Origin: an uncultured Bacteroides sp.
GTDB lineage: Bacteria > Bacillota > Clostridia > Lachnospirales > Lachnospiraceae
Reading direction: 5' to 3'
DNA length: 46,568 bases
Assembly: GCA_945865495.1 (NCBI GenBank)
Contig: CAMBEF010000001.1
Coordinates: 1 to 46,568 of the forward strand
Within the stretch, counting starts at the first letter, position 1, and each line of letters opens with the position of its first letter. Shown piece after piece: positions 28,903 through 36,653 of this stretch. A model generated the notes under the pieces. That model saw only the letters and a list, made by a program, of their open reading frames with translations. It was not told the origin of the DNA and searched no databases. The position numbers and the translations under genes were made by a program.

Positions 28903-29231
28903 TTAAGTAAATCTCCGTAATTATTACGGAAATCTTTAGTGGGAGTTATAATACCGGTAGCCCGTGCAACAAGGTCAAGCTTTTCTGAGTCTGAAAGATC
29001 GTCAATTGACTGAATAGTAATTATTCTGTTCTGCAGCACTTCCTCTCTGTAATCATATCCTTCGCAATATGCATGGGAAATAAGTTTTACTAAGTCTTTA
29101 CGTTCAAGAACATATCGTGACGGATCAGTATAATAAGAAAATCCGCAATTTGATTTATGTAAGATATTTAGCGCATCGTCCACGCTTAACTGATTATTAA
29201 TATTTAGTTTGTTTATCATTACAAGCTCCAT
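28878..29231 (-). CDS. Hypothetical protein
   Basis: ORF ending LLKWLQSEAE, a C-terminal motif common in small early phage genes; coupled to YopX. Confidence 0.65.
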   Translation of the reverse strand: MELVMINKLNINNQLSVDDALNILHKSNCGFSYYTDPSRYVLERKDLVKLISHAYCEGYDYREEVLQNRIITIQSIDDLSDSEKLDLVARATGIITPTKDFRNNYGDLLKWLQSEAE

Positions 29232-29300
29232 CCTTTCTATTTACTGCCTTTAAAATTAATTATTTGTTAAATTTTACAGATATGCTATTCCTCCTTTAGG

Positions 29301-29354
29301 TATCTACCCTAAATATATCTATCATCAAGATAATAGATATGTTTAGGGTAGATA
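29301..29354. other. attP site for the large serine integrase
   Basis: TATCTACCCTAAATATATCTATCATC-AA-GATAATAGATATGTTTAGGGTAGATA: 26-bp arms with 2 mismatches around a central AA (29327-29328), ~140 bp from the integrase stop. Confidence 0.85.
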
Positions 29355-29515
29355 GAATGATTTACATTTCCTGCAAGCCTTCAAGCCTTGCGAGAGACCT
29401 GAAGCTATTGCAGGAAGGCGGCTATCACGTTGAAAAGATAGCCTGCGTTGATATGTTTCCCAACACTTACCATGTTGAGACTATCTGTGCCCTTAAGAGA
29501 ATGACCAGTAGATAG
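29327..29515 (+). other. rlmD: Replacement 3' end of host 23S rRNA m5U methyltransferase RlmD/RumA (partial, 62 codons)
   Basis: Open frame from the attP centre: KIIDMFRVDRMIYISCKPSSLARDLKLLQEGGYHVEKIACVDMFPNTYHVETICALKRMTSR*, with the TrmA/RumA motifs YISC.P..LARD and DMFP.T.HVE. Confidence 0.9.
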
Positions 29516-30968
29516 TTACATCGCGGTTGAGCACCACAATTTTATCTATCAGGGCATTGACAATTCGATGTATTTGCTGCACATCCCCGGCATCCAGTAT
29601 TGCCGGGAAGCTTTCGAGCTGTTCCCAAGCCTTCAATTTTGCATCAGAATTATCAGCTTCTTTCAGCTCATCCAGGCAGCTCTGCACGCCGAGCTTTTCG
29701 TCGTTCAGAGCTTGGAGCCGGTCACTTATGTCAGCCAAATCTATGATGCCGGTCTGATATAAGTTCATGAGGCGTTTTATCTGCTTGTTTAGTTCCTCAA
29801 GCCGTTCATTATATATCTTGGCATCTTCATGAACTGTGTCCGACTTCGATGATATCCGTGAAAACTGTGCCTTATCCAGCGCCAGTTTCTTGATTTCGTT
29901 TAGTACGATTTCGTCAAGTTGTTCTACGGTATATGGATGCTCGCGGTTGGTGCAGCAGTCAGAGCGTATCATTGATTTGACTGTTTTGGCGACGGAGTAA
30001 CACATATACCTACGTATAGGAGAGTCCTTGCATACCTTTCTCGCATACATCCTTGCGCCACAGTCGCCGCAATATAATAGCCCGGAAAGAAGGTTGGCGC
30101 TCCGGCATCCGTTTTTAGTTCGATATGATGCAGCAGGACGCTTGTGAAGTTCCTTCTGACGCGCAAGCATACATGAGACTTCATTGAAATCTGATTCAGA
30201 TATTAACGGTTCGTGCATGCCCTCATATAGCTCATTGTTAAGTTTTACTTTGCCAATATACACAGGATTGGACAATATCCTGCGTATTGATGTAGAATGC
30301 TGCCAAGCATAACTGCCTGTGCCCGCATCAGCAAGTCGTTTAGCTATACCGTTTAGACTATACCCTTCAAGATACCATCTAAAAATATCCTGAACTATTT
30401 TTGCATTATAAGGATCTACAATCAGGTCATTCGATATTACACTTCCATCAGAAGCGGTGTTGAATGCATAGCCTATAGGAGGTTTATTGCCACTATAATG
30501 ACCTTGTTTGACTTTTGCCTGCCGTCCCATCATAGTTCGAGCCTTTATGTTTTCGCGCTCCATCTGAGCGAATGCTGCCAGGATGCCAACCATGCATCTG
30601 CCGATGGGGGTCGATGTGTCGAACGATTCCATCAGGGATACAAAGTGACAGTCATGCGCCGCAAAAACATCCTCAAGTAGTATGAGTGTGTCCTTCTGAG
30701 ACCTTGATAGCCTGTCAAGCTTCCATACTATGACCTTCTTGCAGTGATTGTTTTCGACATCACGGATGACTTGCTTGAGCGCCGGGCGGTCCATTGTTGC
30801 TCCGGAGAAACCAGGATCTACATGCACGGCATTGATCTGATAATTATATGCTTTGCAGTATGCCCTGAGCTTTTCTTCTTGAGCACCGACAGAAAAGCCT
30901 TCCTCGGCCTGCTCGGTAGTACTGACCCGCACATATAGGTCTACTACGTTATCTAATATATTATTCAT
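29493..30968 (-). CDS. Large serine recombinase (integrase)
   Basis: LYVRVST catalytic Ser, DPGFSG, RPAL, KLDRLSRS, recombinase domain (ILSNPVYIG, HEPLIS), Zn ribbon LLYCGDCG, coiled coil. Confidence 0.97.
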   Translation of the reverse strand: MNNILDNVVDLYVRVSTTEQAEEGFSVGAQEEKLRAYCKAYNYQINAVHVDPGFSGATMDRPALKQVIRDVENNHCKKVIVWKLDRLSRSQKDTLILLEDVFAAHDCHFVSLMESFDTSTPIGRCMVGILAAFAQMERENIKARTMMGRQAKVKQGHYSGNKPPIGYAFNTASDGSVISNDLIVDPYNAKIVQDIFRWYLEGYSLNGIAKRLADAGTGSYAWQHSTSIRRILSNPVYIGKVKLNNELYEGMHEPLISESDFNEVSCMLARQKELHKRPAASYRTKNGCRSANLLSGLLYCGDCGARMYARKVCKDSPIRRYMCYSVAKTVKSMIRSDCCTNREHPYTVEQLDEIVLNEIKKLALDKAQFSRISSKSDTVHEDAKIYNERLEELNKQIKRLMNLYQTGIIDLADISDRLQALNDEKLGVQSCLDELKEADNSDAKLKAWEQLESFPAILDAGDVQQIHRIVNALIDKIVVLNRDVTIYWSFS

Positions 30969-31020
30969 TATACTTTTCCTTTCCTACTTGTGCGTATAGC
31001 TCATGTGATGTATAATGAAT

Positions 31021-31103
31021 ATGCTTTAGTTGATTCATGTACACATACATGAGTAGAATACCGGCTCACTTCGCTACGCCAATAGCGGGGTGAGCCATTT
31101 TTT
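31021..31103 (+). ncRNA. Candidate antisense small RNA with a CGCCAA-loop terminator hairpin
   Basis: Upstream TTGTGC-N17-TATAAT promoter-like sequence (30988-31016); 14-bp stem 31063-31096 with loop CGCCAA and a T run; 31043-31070 is complementary to 32649-32676. Confidence 0.6.
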
Positions 31104-31116
31104 ATGTTCCTTTATT

Positions 31117-31611
31117 CTACCCGGTGTTTGTTATGACGTCTGTGGTATGTGATAGAGTAAGCTTTGAGTCTTGCGCAATTCCTAAGCTCTTCTCATAAAG
31201 CGCCTCAGCATCGGAGACGTCAATACTTTCAGTATCATTATTATCCTGATCTACTTCATTAAGAGCAGTCGCTACTTCTTTAAAGTAAGAAATAAGACCT
31301 TCACGCATTTCAGAACTTAAATCCAAAAACTTTTCAATAGCTATGTAAGATGCTTTATCAAGACCAAATTCTGCCGCCAAGGCATCCAGTGCCGAGCTTG
31401 GAACAGGCACGAACATTTCTCCGGTTCCATTTCGTAGCCATTCTTCACTCACATTAAATTCGCGACAAATAGATGTAATGACTTGATCGGTAAGAGCATT
31501 TATACCACATTCCCATTGACCAACGGTATTCCTTTTTACACCAAGTTTATCGGCAAACTTTTGTTGAGTTAAATCTAGCTCCTTGCGTAGCTTCTTAATA
31601 CGTTCATTCAA
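31117..31611 (-). CDS. CI-like XRE-family repressor
   Basis: ERIKKLRKELDLTQQKFADKLGVKRNTVGQWE...FNVSEEWLRNGTGEMF; no S24 peptidase domain visible. Confidence 0.93.
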   Translation of the reverse strand: MNERIKKLRKELDLTQQKFADKLGVKRNTVGQWECGINALTDQVITSICREFNVSEEWLRNGTGEMFVPVPSSALDALAAEFGLDKASYIAIEKFLDLSSEMREGLISYFKEVATALNEVDQDNNDTESIDVSDAEALYEKSLGIAQDSKLTLSHTTDVITNTG

Positions 31612-31639
31612 ACCATTCTCACCACCTTTCTATAACCGA

Positions 31640-31762
31640 TTATACTCAACAACAACGATTAAGTCAATATAAAAAGTCACGCAAACAACAAAAAGTCACG
31701 CAAACAACAAAAATATATTGACAATGTTATTTAAATGGCATATACTAGCTACAGAAACAACA
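31640..31762. promoter_or_regulatory. Divergent immunity promoters and candidate operators
   Basis: Rightward TTGACA-N17-TATACT (31718-31746); leftward TTGACT/TATAAT toward cI; 19-bp tandem AAAAGTCACGCAAACAACA and several AAACAACA boxes. Confidence 0.75.
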
Positions 31763-31765
31763 AAA

Positions 31766-31786
31766 GCCCCGGCGCTAAGCCGAGGC
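31766..31786 (-). terminator. Terminator of the 153-aa moron gene
   Basis: Minus strand GCCTCGGC-ttagc-GCCGGGGC followed by TTTTGTTG. Confidence 0.65.
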
Positions 31787-31792
31787 AAAGGA

Positions 31793-32254
31793 TTAAGATT
31801 TGTTATCCCAATAAGGTTTTTTATCATTATTAGTATCAAATGAATCGGCAGCCTTTCGGGTTCGACGAAATAATAATCCAGTAATTATGAAACAACCAAT
31901 TCCAAGAATGAGATGAGAGTTTACAAGGAAAATTAACCCTAAAATAGCTAATAAAAATCCCCACACGATATCAAGAATACATGATGACCAAAAGCCTACT
32001 TGAGTATTCGAGTCATAATCGGATGACATTGAATGGGAATATGAGCCTTTATCATTATGAAAAGTATCCTTTATTCCTATTGAAGTTTGGCTATAGATTT
32101 TATTGTATGCTGCTTTTTTAGGATCTTTAATGATACCAGTTCCTTTTCTTCCATAAGTAGGATCTATTGTATGACGAACAGTTCTTGTTACAGAACTCTT
32201 TGTCTTTGATGAAACATATTTTCTGGGACTTGGTTTTCTGATTACAGATCTCAT
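31793..32254 (-). CDS. Moron-like protein: basic N-terminal domain plus two transmembrane helices
   Basis: RKPS...P.YG.KG.G.IK.PKKAAYNK.Y motif, which I recall from prophage immunity regions; AT-rich; own RBS, -10 element and terminator. Confidence 0.8.
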   Translation of the reverse strand: MRSVIRKPSPRKYVSSKTKSSVTRTVRHTIDPTYGRKGTGIIKDPKKAAYNKIYSQTSIGIKDTFHNDKGSYSHSMSSDYDSNTQVGFWSSCILDIVWGFLLAILGLIFLVNSHLILGIGCFIITGLLFRRTRKAADSFDTNNDKKPYWDNKS

Positions 32255-32445
32255 AGTATTTCTCCTCTCTGTGAAATTATTGTTGACAAATATATTTTAT
32301 CACATTGACTGGGAGAAACAACATAAAAACAAGGAGGCAAAGACACGGTGATACACCCCTTTCTATAGTTTGTTGTTAGCACACTGATTATATCATAAAG
32401 GGGTTTCACATAAAAACAATTTAGTTTAGGAAGGAGGCACCTAAT

Positions 32446-32637
32446 ATGGTAGCAGCAATCGAAAAAACAAACATGAGCCCTCAGGGCTACAGTAACAAAC
32501 AGATGCAGGATGCACGCGAGGTGTGCACTGTGATGGCAAATGTACCGGCAGAGAAGCGAGGCATGTTTGCAACGATGCTTTCCGTATATATGGACGGCAT
32601 GGCAGCAGGCGCGGCTATTGCAGGCGATCACAGATGA
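32446..32637 (+). CDS. Small early protein at the Cro position, no clear HTH
   Basis: AAGGAGG RBS; first rightward gene after the immunity region. Confidence 0.75.
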   Translation: MVAAIEKTNMSPQGYSNKQMQDAREVCTVMANVPAEKRGMFATMLSVYMDGMAAGAAIAGDHR

Positions 32638-32692
32638 TGGCGCTAAGCAGTGAGCCGGTATTCTACTTATTTATGTAAAGCGAGGTAACAAT

Positions 32693-32860
32693 ATGGAAAT
32701 CAAAGTAAAGCACGTTTTGGCGGACGGGCGTAGGCTTGACAGCATTGAAGGCTTTGTTCTTCCAAATTCAGGGGCAACAGCAGCAGTCTACAGAATCGCA
32801 GAAGAATTGGTACTAAAGCAAGGAGGAGTATATGACAACAGAAGAAAAGAAGGTTGCTGA
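32693..32860 (+). CDS. 55-aa early protein (absent from the ORF track; H.LADG...SIEG...P motif); possible recombination directionality factor
   Basis: GAGGT RBS; MEIKVKHVLADGRRLDSIEGFVLPNSGATAAVYRIAEELVLKQGGVYDNRRKEGC; overlaps the next gene. The function is inference only. Confidence 0.7.
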   Translation: MEIKVKHVLADGRRLDSIEGFVLPNSGATAAVYRIAEELVLKQGGVYDNRRKEGC

Positions 32861-33320
32861 GCTTATCGGTTCAGACCTAGACATTGGTAATGCAATAAGG
32901 ATAGCAAAGATACTGGCGAGCGCACCGGAAGAGAGACTGCCTATGATCATTGATATATTCGATCAGGCAGGACTTGAGATATCAGGTATGGAGGACATTG
33001 AGAACCTTAAGGCGCTGGCAAAGTCAAAAGAGCAGATAGCAGAACTTGAAGATCTGCTGAAGGATGCAGTTTCGACCGCAAAACTTAGTAATGGTGAGTA
33101 TAGAATCCCTACAGAGTCATTTGATGGCATCTGTAAAAAGTTCAACCAGAGCGTCAGGACAGTGCGTAAAACACTTGCTGAGATGGGTGTCCTCAAGATA
33201 AACACAGTTGGCGGCAAAAACGGTTTTACTATTCCAGTATATGATGCAGATACCAAAGAGATAAAGCGCTGTGTCTGTATCAAGGGTGATTGGAAATCTA
33301 CATTGGGATTACGTTGTTAG
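32832..33320 (+). CDS. Putative DNA-binding protein with a C-terminal winged-helix-like domain
   Basis: AGGAGG RBS; the C-terminal half resembles the C-terminus of the DUF927 helicase in this genome. Confidence 0.65.
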   Translation: MTTEEKKVAELIGSDLDIGNAIRIAKILASAPEERLPMIIDIFDQAGLEISGMEDIENLKALAKSKEQIAELEDLLKDAVSTAKLSNGEYRIPTESFDGICKKFNQSVRTVRKTLAEMGVLKINTVGGKNGFTIPVYDADTKEIKRCVCIKGDWKSTLGLRC

Positions 33321-33332
33321 GAGGTTGAGAGG

Positions 33333-34070
33333 ATGTCAGAGCAGTGGCACAGTGATGCGTACCTGCGCATCATGAGTGAACGACACAGAAAAGAGAAAAT
33401 TAAACACATAGTAAAGAACGTGGCCATAGGCGGTGTACTTGCATTCGCTACGGCGGTGACAATCAAGAATGCATGTACACCAATGCCGGAAACGATAGTA
33501 AAGCCTGTAGAGGTCCCGCAAAATGTTACATACAACAATATCACCAATTACATATGTTCCCTTCCACCATATCACAGCGGTAGGGGCTCACAGTATGTTG
33601 ATATATCAGGCTGCAGTTCTTGGAAAGAATCTTATCTCACAGCAAAAAAGCAGATGGTTGATGACGGATATCCCGACTGGGATATAAGCATGCCACTACT
33701 TAAGATAGCAATGGCAGAGGCAGAGAGTGAGAGTACAGAGACCAAAGCGCAGGTCATGAGAACTGTGTTAAACAGAGTTTGGAGTGATGAGTTCCCGGAC
33801 ACAATCGACGAGGTTATCTTTGATAAAGGAGAGTTTACCCCTGTGTCGAATGGCAGATACAGTAAAGTTGAGCCCGATGATGACTGCTGGCACGCGCTAT
33901 ACATGATTAATATCGAGGGCTGGGATAAGAGTCAGGGGGCATTGTACTTTGAGACTCCGCCAAAAGACGGCAGCAGTACATGGCACTCAAGAACCCTGTA
34001 TAAGCTGTTCGAGTCCGGCAATCTAACGTTCTATACGGACAAGGAGGCAGACGATGAAAATGAAACTTGA
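33333..34070 (+). CDS. Cell wall hydrolase, SleB/Hydrolase_2 family, with N-terminal membrane anchor
   Basis: IAMAEAESE...VMRTVLNRVWSDEFPDTIDEVIF...FTPVSNG...GALYF...GNLTFY. Confidence 0.9.
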   Translation: MSEQWHSDAYLRIMSERHRKEKIKHIVKNVAIGGVLAFATAVTIKNACTPMPETIVKPVEVPQNVTYNNITNYICSLPPYHSGRGSQYVDISGCSSWKESYLTAKKQMVDDGYPDWDISMPLLKIAMAEAESESTETKAQVMRTVLNRVWSDEFPDTIDEVIFDKGEFTPVSNGRYSKVEPDDDCWHALYMINIEGWDKSQGALYFETPPKDGSSTWHSRTLYKLFESGNLTFYTDKEADDENET

Positions 34071-34425
34071 TGATGACACACTCATCATCGCAGACTGTGA
34101 CAGTACACAGTTCAACATAATCAAAAGCTGGAATCTGATGCGTTGGAACAGGAGCAGGCAGTGGCTTGAAGGAGCCTGTACGAGAGAACTCCTTAACAGA
34201 CTATCCACACTCGTGATTCTTCCGGCCACAATTGAAAAAGAACGAACTAAAATGAATGAGCTGCAGGAGGCTGTGGATGAAGAGCGCATGGCCGAGGAGC
34301 CGGTACCGCTTTACAACTACCCGGTCAAATACCCGCTATTCAAGCATCAGACACGCGGCGCCAACATGGCCCTGCTAACATTCGGACTTGTAGACCCACC
34401 AGAAAAGGAGACAAAAAATGGATAA
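34054..34425 (+). CDS. Probable detached N-terminal part (Q-motif) of the SNF2 helicase
   Basis: Ends with YPVKYPLFKHQTRGANMAL, resembling the L..(H/Y)Q Q-motif that normally precedes SF2 motif I. Confidence 0.6.
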   Translation: MKMKLDDDTLIIADCDSTQFNIIKSWNLMRWNRSRQWLEGACTRELLNRLSTLVILPATIEKERTKMNELQEAVDEERMAEEPVPLYNYPVKYPLFKHQTRGANMALLTFGLVDPPEKETKNG

Positions 34426-34870
34426 AAATAAAATCAATTTGCACCTATCAACCCCTGACTCATTGTCGGATGGTCAAGGCACCGTAAACTTGGAGTCGGA
34501 TGCAATAATATTATTTGCTTTTGAGAAAATCAAAAAAGATGAATGCGGAAATAATGCAATAGTTCACATGGTAACATGCGGCGATGACATGATATCTGAC
34601 GAAAGCGTAATTGATGTTATAACGGACCTAATTCTAAGATATATACACAAAAGGCATACAAAAAAGCTTCCAAACATGGAAAACGTAGTCTTAGAGAGTT
34701 TCGAGCTTGACCAGATTGGAGACGGACTTAAAGCTGCATCCAACGCAATGATCAGCACGGTGCCTCTTTCGGATAAGGAGACTATTATGAGAAAGAAGGC
34801 AGACGGGATAGTAAAGACTCTTATGAAGCAGTTCAATACTATGAAGGAGAACTTTGAGCAGAATGAATAG
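34418..34870 (+). CDS. Hypothetical protein
   Basis: AGGAG RBS; overlaps both neighbours. Confidence 0.7.
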   Translation: MDKNKINLHLSTPDSLSDGQGTVNLESDAIILFAFEKIKKDECGNNAIVHMVTCGDDMISDESVIDVITDLILRYIHKRHTKKLPNMENVVLESFELDQIGDGLKAASNAMISTVPLSDKETIMRKKADGIVKTLMKQFNTMKENFEQNE

Positions 34871-36212
34871 AGGAAAAGGATTCGGATTTCTGTTTGAGAT
34901 GGGCTGCGGTAAGACTTTAACGGCCATAGCTGTGGCCGGGGCGGCATACCAGATGGGAAAAATTGAAAAGGTGCTTATCGTAGCACCCACGTCAGTATGC
35001 TCGGTGTGGCCAAAGGAATTTGATGATTATGCTAAATTCAAATATAAAGTCAATGTCATGCTTGGAGACAAGAAACAGCGCCTTAGGGAACTTGAAGCAC
35101 TTAAAGCTTTTCCTTTTAAGGCACTTAAGGTTGCTGTAATTAATTATGAATCAACCTGGAGAGATGGTATCTTCGAGGCGCTGAAAGACTGGGAACCGGA
35201 CTTAGTGATAGCTGATGAAAGCCAACGTATCAAGACGCACGATGCAAACCAGTCAAAAGCAATGCACAAGCTTGGAGATATCGCAAAATACAAGCTGATT
35301 CTATCGGGTACACCGGTTCAGAATAATGCGATTGATATTTTCAGTCAGTACCGTTTTTTGGATCCAACTGTGTTCGGCAACAATTTTTATGCTTTTCGGA
35401 ACCGCTACGCTATTATGGGCGGCTTTTCTAACAAACAGATCATAGGTTACAAGGACCTTGATAAGCTTATCAAAAAGGAGCATTCGATTGCATACAGAGT
35501 CACCAAGGATGAAGCGCTTGACTTGCCAGAGCAGACATTCGAGACAAGATACATCCGCATGGACACAAAGGATAAAAACCTTTACGAGCAGATTAAGAAA
35601 AACAGTTTTGCAGAGCTTGAGGATGGAGGTTCAGTAAGCGCTCCGACAGTGCTGACCAAGCTTTTAAGGCTGCAGCAGTTTACCGGAGGATTTATTCAGG
35701 CAGATGAGAGCTTGAAGCCGGAACTTGTATTCAAAGGCAAGCTCAATGCGCTTGAAGACATCCTGGATGATTACGTTATCGATGCCGGCAAGAAACTTGT
35801 AGTATTCTGCAGGTTTAGAGCAGAAATTGACCTGATACAAAAGCTTTTAGAAAAGAAAAAAATCAAATACTGCAGTATCTACGGCGATATCAAGATTGAT
35901 GATCGAGGCGATATCGTAAAAGACTTTCAGACGAATCCTAAAACAATGGTATTCCTTGCGCAGATAGATACAGCGGGATTAGGAATCACACTCACTGCGG
36001 CAGACACATGTGTGTATTATTCAGTCAACTTTAACTATGCAGCATACTCACAGAGCTTGGCCAGAATACACAGGATCGGCCAGAAGAATGCCTGCACGTA
36101 CATTCATCTAACTGTTGAAAATACGATTGATGAAAAGGTACTTAAGGCGCTGGCCAGAAAAGAAGACATGGCCAAGACAGTCGTAGACGATTGGCGTGCT
36201 TACTTTGAATAG
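34854..36212 (+). CDS. SNF2-family (SF2) helicase
   Basis: FEMGCGKT, LIVAP, INYE, IADESQRIK, LSGTP, GLGITLT and QSLARIHRIGQ motifs. Confidence 0.95.
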   Translation: MSRMNRGKGFGFLFEMGCGKTLTAIAVAGAAYQMGKIEKVLIVAPTSVCSVWPKEFDDYAKFKYKVNVMLGDKKQRLRELEALKAFPFKALKVAVINYESTWRDGIFEALKDWEPDLVIADESQRIKTHDANQSKAMHKLGDIAKYKLILSGTPVQNNAIDIFSQYRFLDPTVFGNNFYAFRNRYAIMGGFSNKQIIGYKDLDKLIKKEHSIAYRVTKDEALDLPEQTFETRYIRMDTKDKNLYEQIKKNSFAELEDGGSVSAPTVLTKLLRLQQFTGGFIQADESLKPELVFKGKLNALEDILDDYVIDAGKKLVVFCRFRAEIDLIQKLLEKKKIKYCSIYGDIKIDDRGDIVKDFQTNPKTMVFLAQIDTAGLGITLTAADTCVYYSVNFNYAAYSQSLARIHRIGQKNACTYIHLTVENTIDEKVLKALARKEDMAKTVVDDWRAYFE

Positions 36213-36221
36213 GAGGATGAC

Positions 36222-36653
36222 ATGAAATTATTTGAAAAGATAAGGCGCTTCATCAGAGGCGCAGACAGAGCGGTGACCGATGCGATCTGTGAACGCCTAG
36301 ACAACACATCAGAGAAGCTCGAAAACTTTGCAAGGAACCTGGATCCTGAAGCATTCCAGGAATCAAAGATGCGCGAGTCCTGGGAAGGAAGACCGAAGAC
36401 GGATCCAGAGACTGCAGTGCAACCGGCGCAGATGTCGGTCGCATCGCTGGAAGATGCAATCGACCAGCTAACAGAAGGAATGGTGAAGGCCGGATTCAGG
36501 GCAGATGAAGCAGCGGACGCCATCAGATCAGTGATCAGTGCAGGCGTGAAACCAGAGCCACTAAGCCACCTGACAAACAACTGGCGCAAGATGCACGGTC
36601 TGCCGATGCATCGAAAACCTACAGCATTCAGGAGAAGGAGGAAATCTAAATGA
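36222..36653 (+). CDS. Hypothetical protein
   Basis: AGGAGG RBS; basic C-terminal NNWRKMHGLPM motif. Confidence 0.75.
   Translation: MKLFEKIRRFIRGADRAVTDAICERLDNTSEKLENFARNLDPEAFQESKMRESWEGRPKTDPETAVQPAQMSVASLEDAIDQLTEGMVKAGFRADEAADAIRSVISAGVKPEPLSHLTNNWRKMHGLPMHRKPTAFRRRRKSK

Noticed and set aside
29301-29354. Inverted repeat as a terminator or MITE
   Set aside because: AT-rich arms, a 2-bp centre, no T tail, position next to a serine integrase and exact coincidence with the start of rlmD homology all fit attP better.
29357-29515. rlmD fragment as an independent gene or a flank of host chromosome
   Set aside because: It lacks the SAM-binding N-terminal part, phage genes lie on both sides, and homology begins at the attP centre.
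31771-31780. GGCGCTAAGC also present at 32639-32648
   Set aside because: Only 10 bp in direct orientation; cannot be distinguished from chance.
32251-32631. 126-aa minus-strand ORF and the many other antisense or alternative-frame ORFs in the track (e.g. 15958-16530, 37133-37678, 43349-44017, 45229-45813)
   Set aside because: They are shadows of well-supported genes, with no RBS or recognisable motifs.
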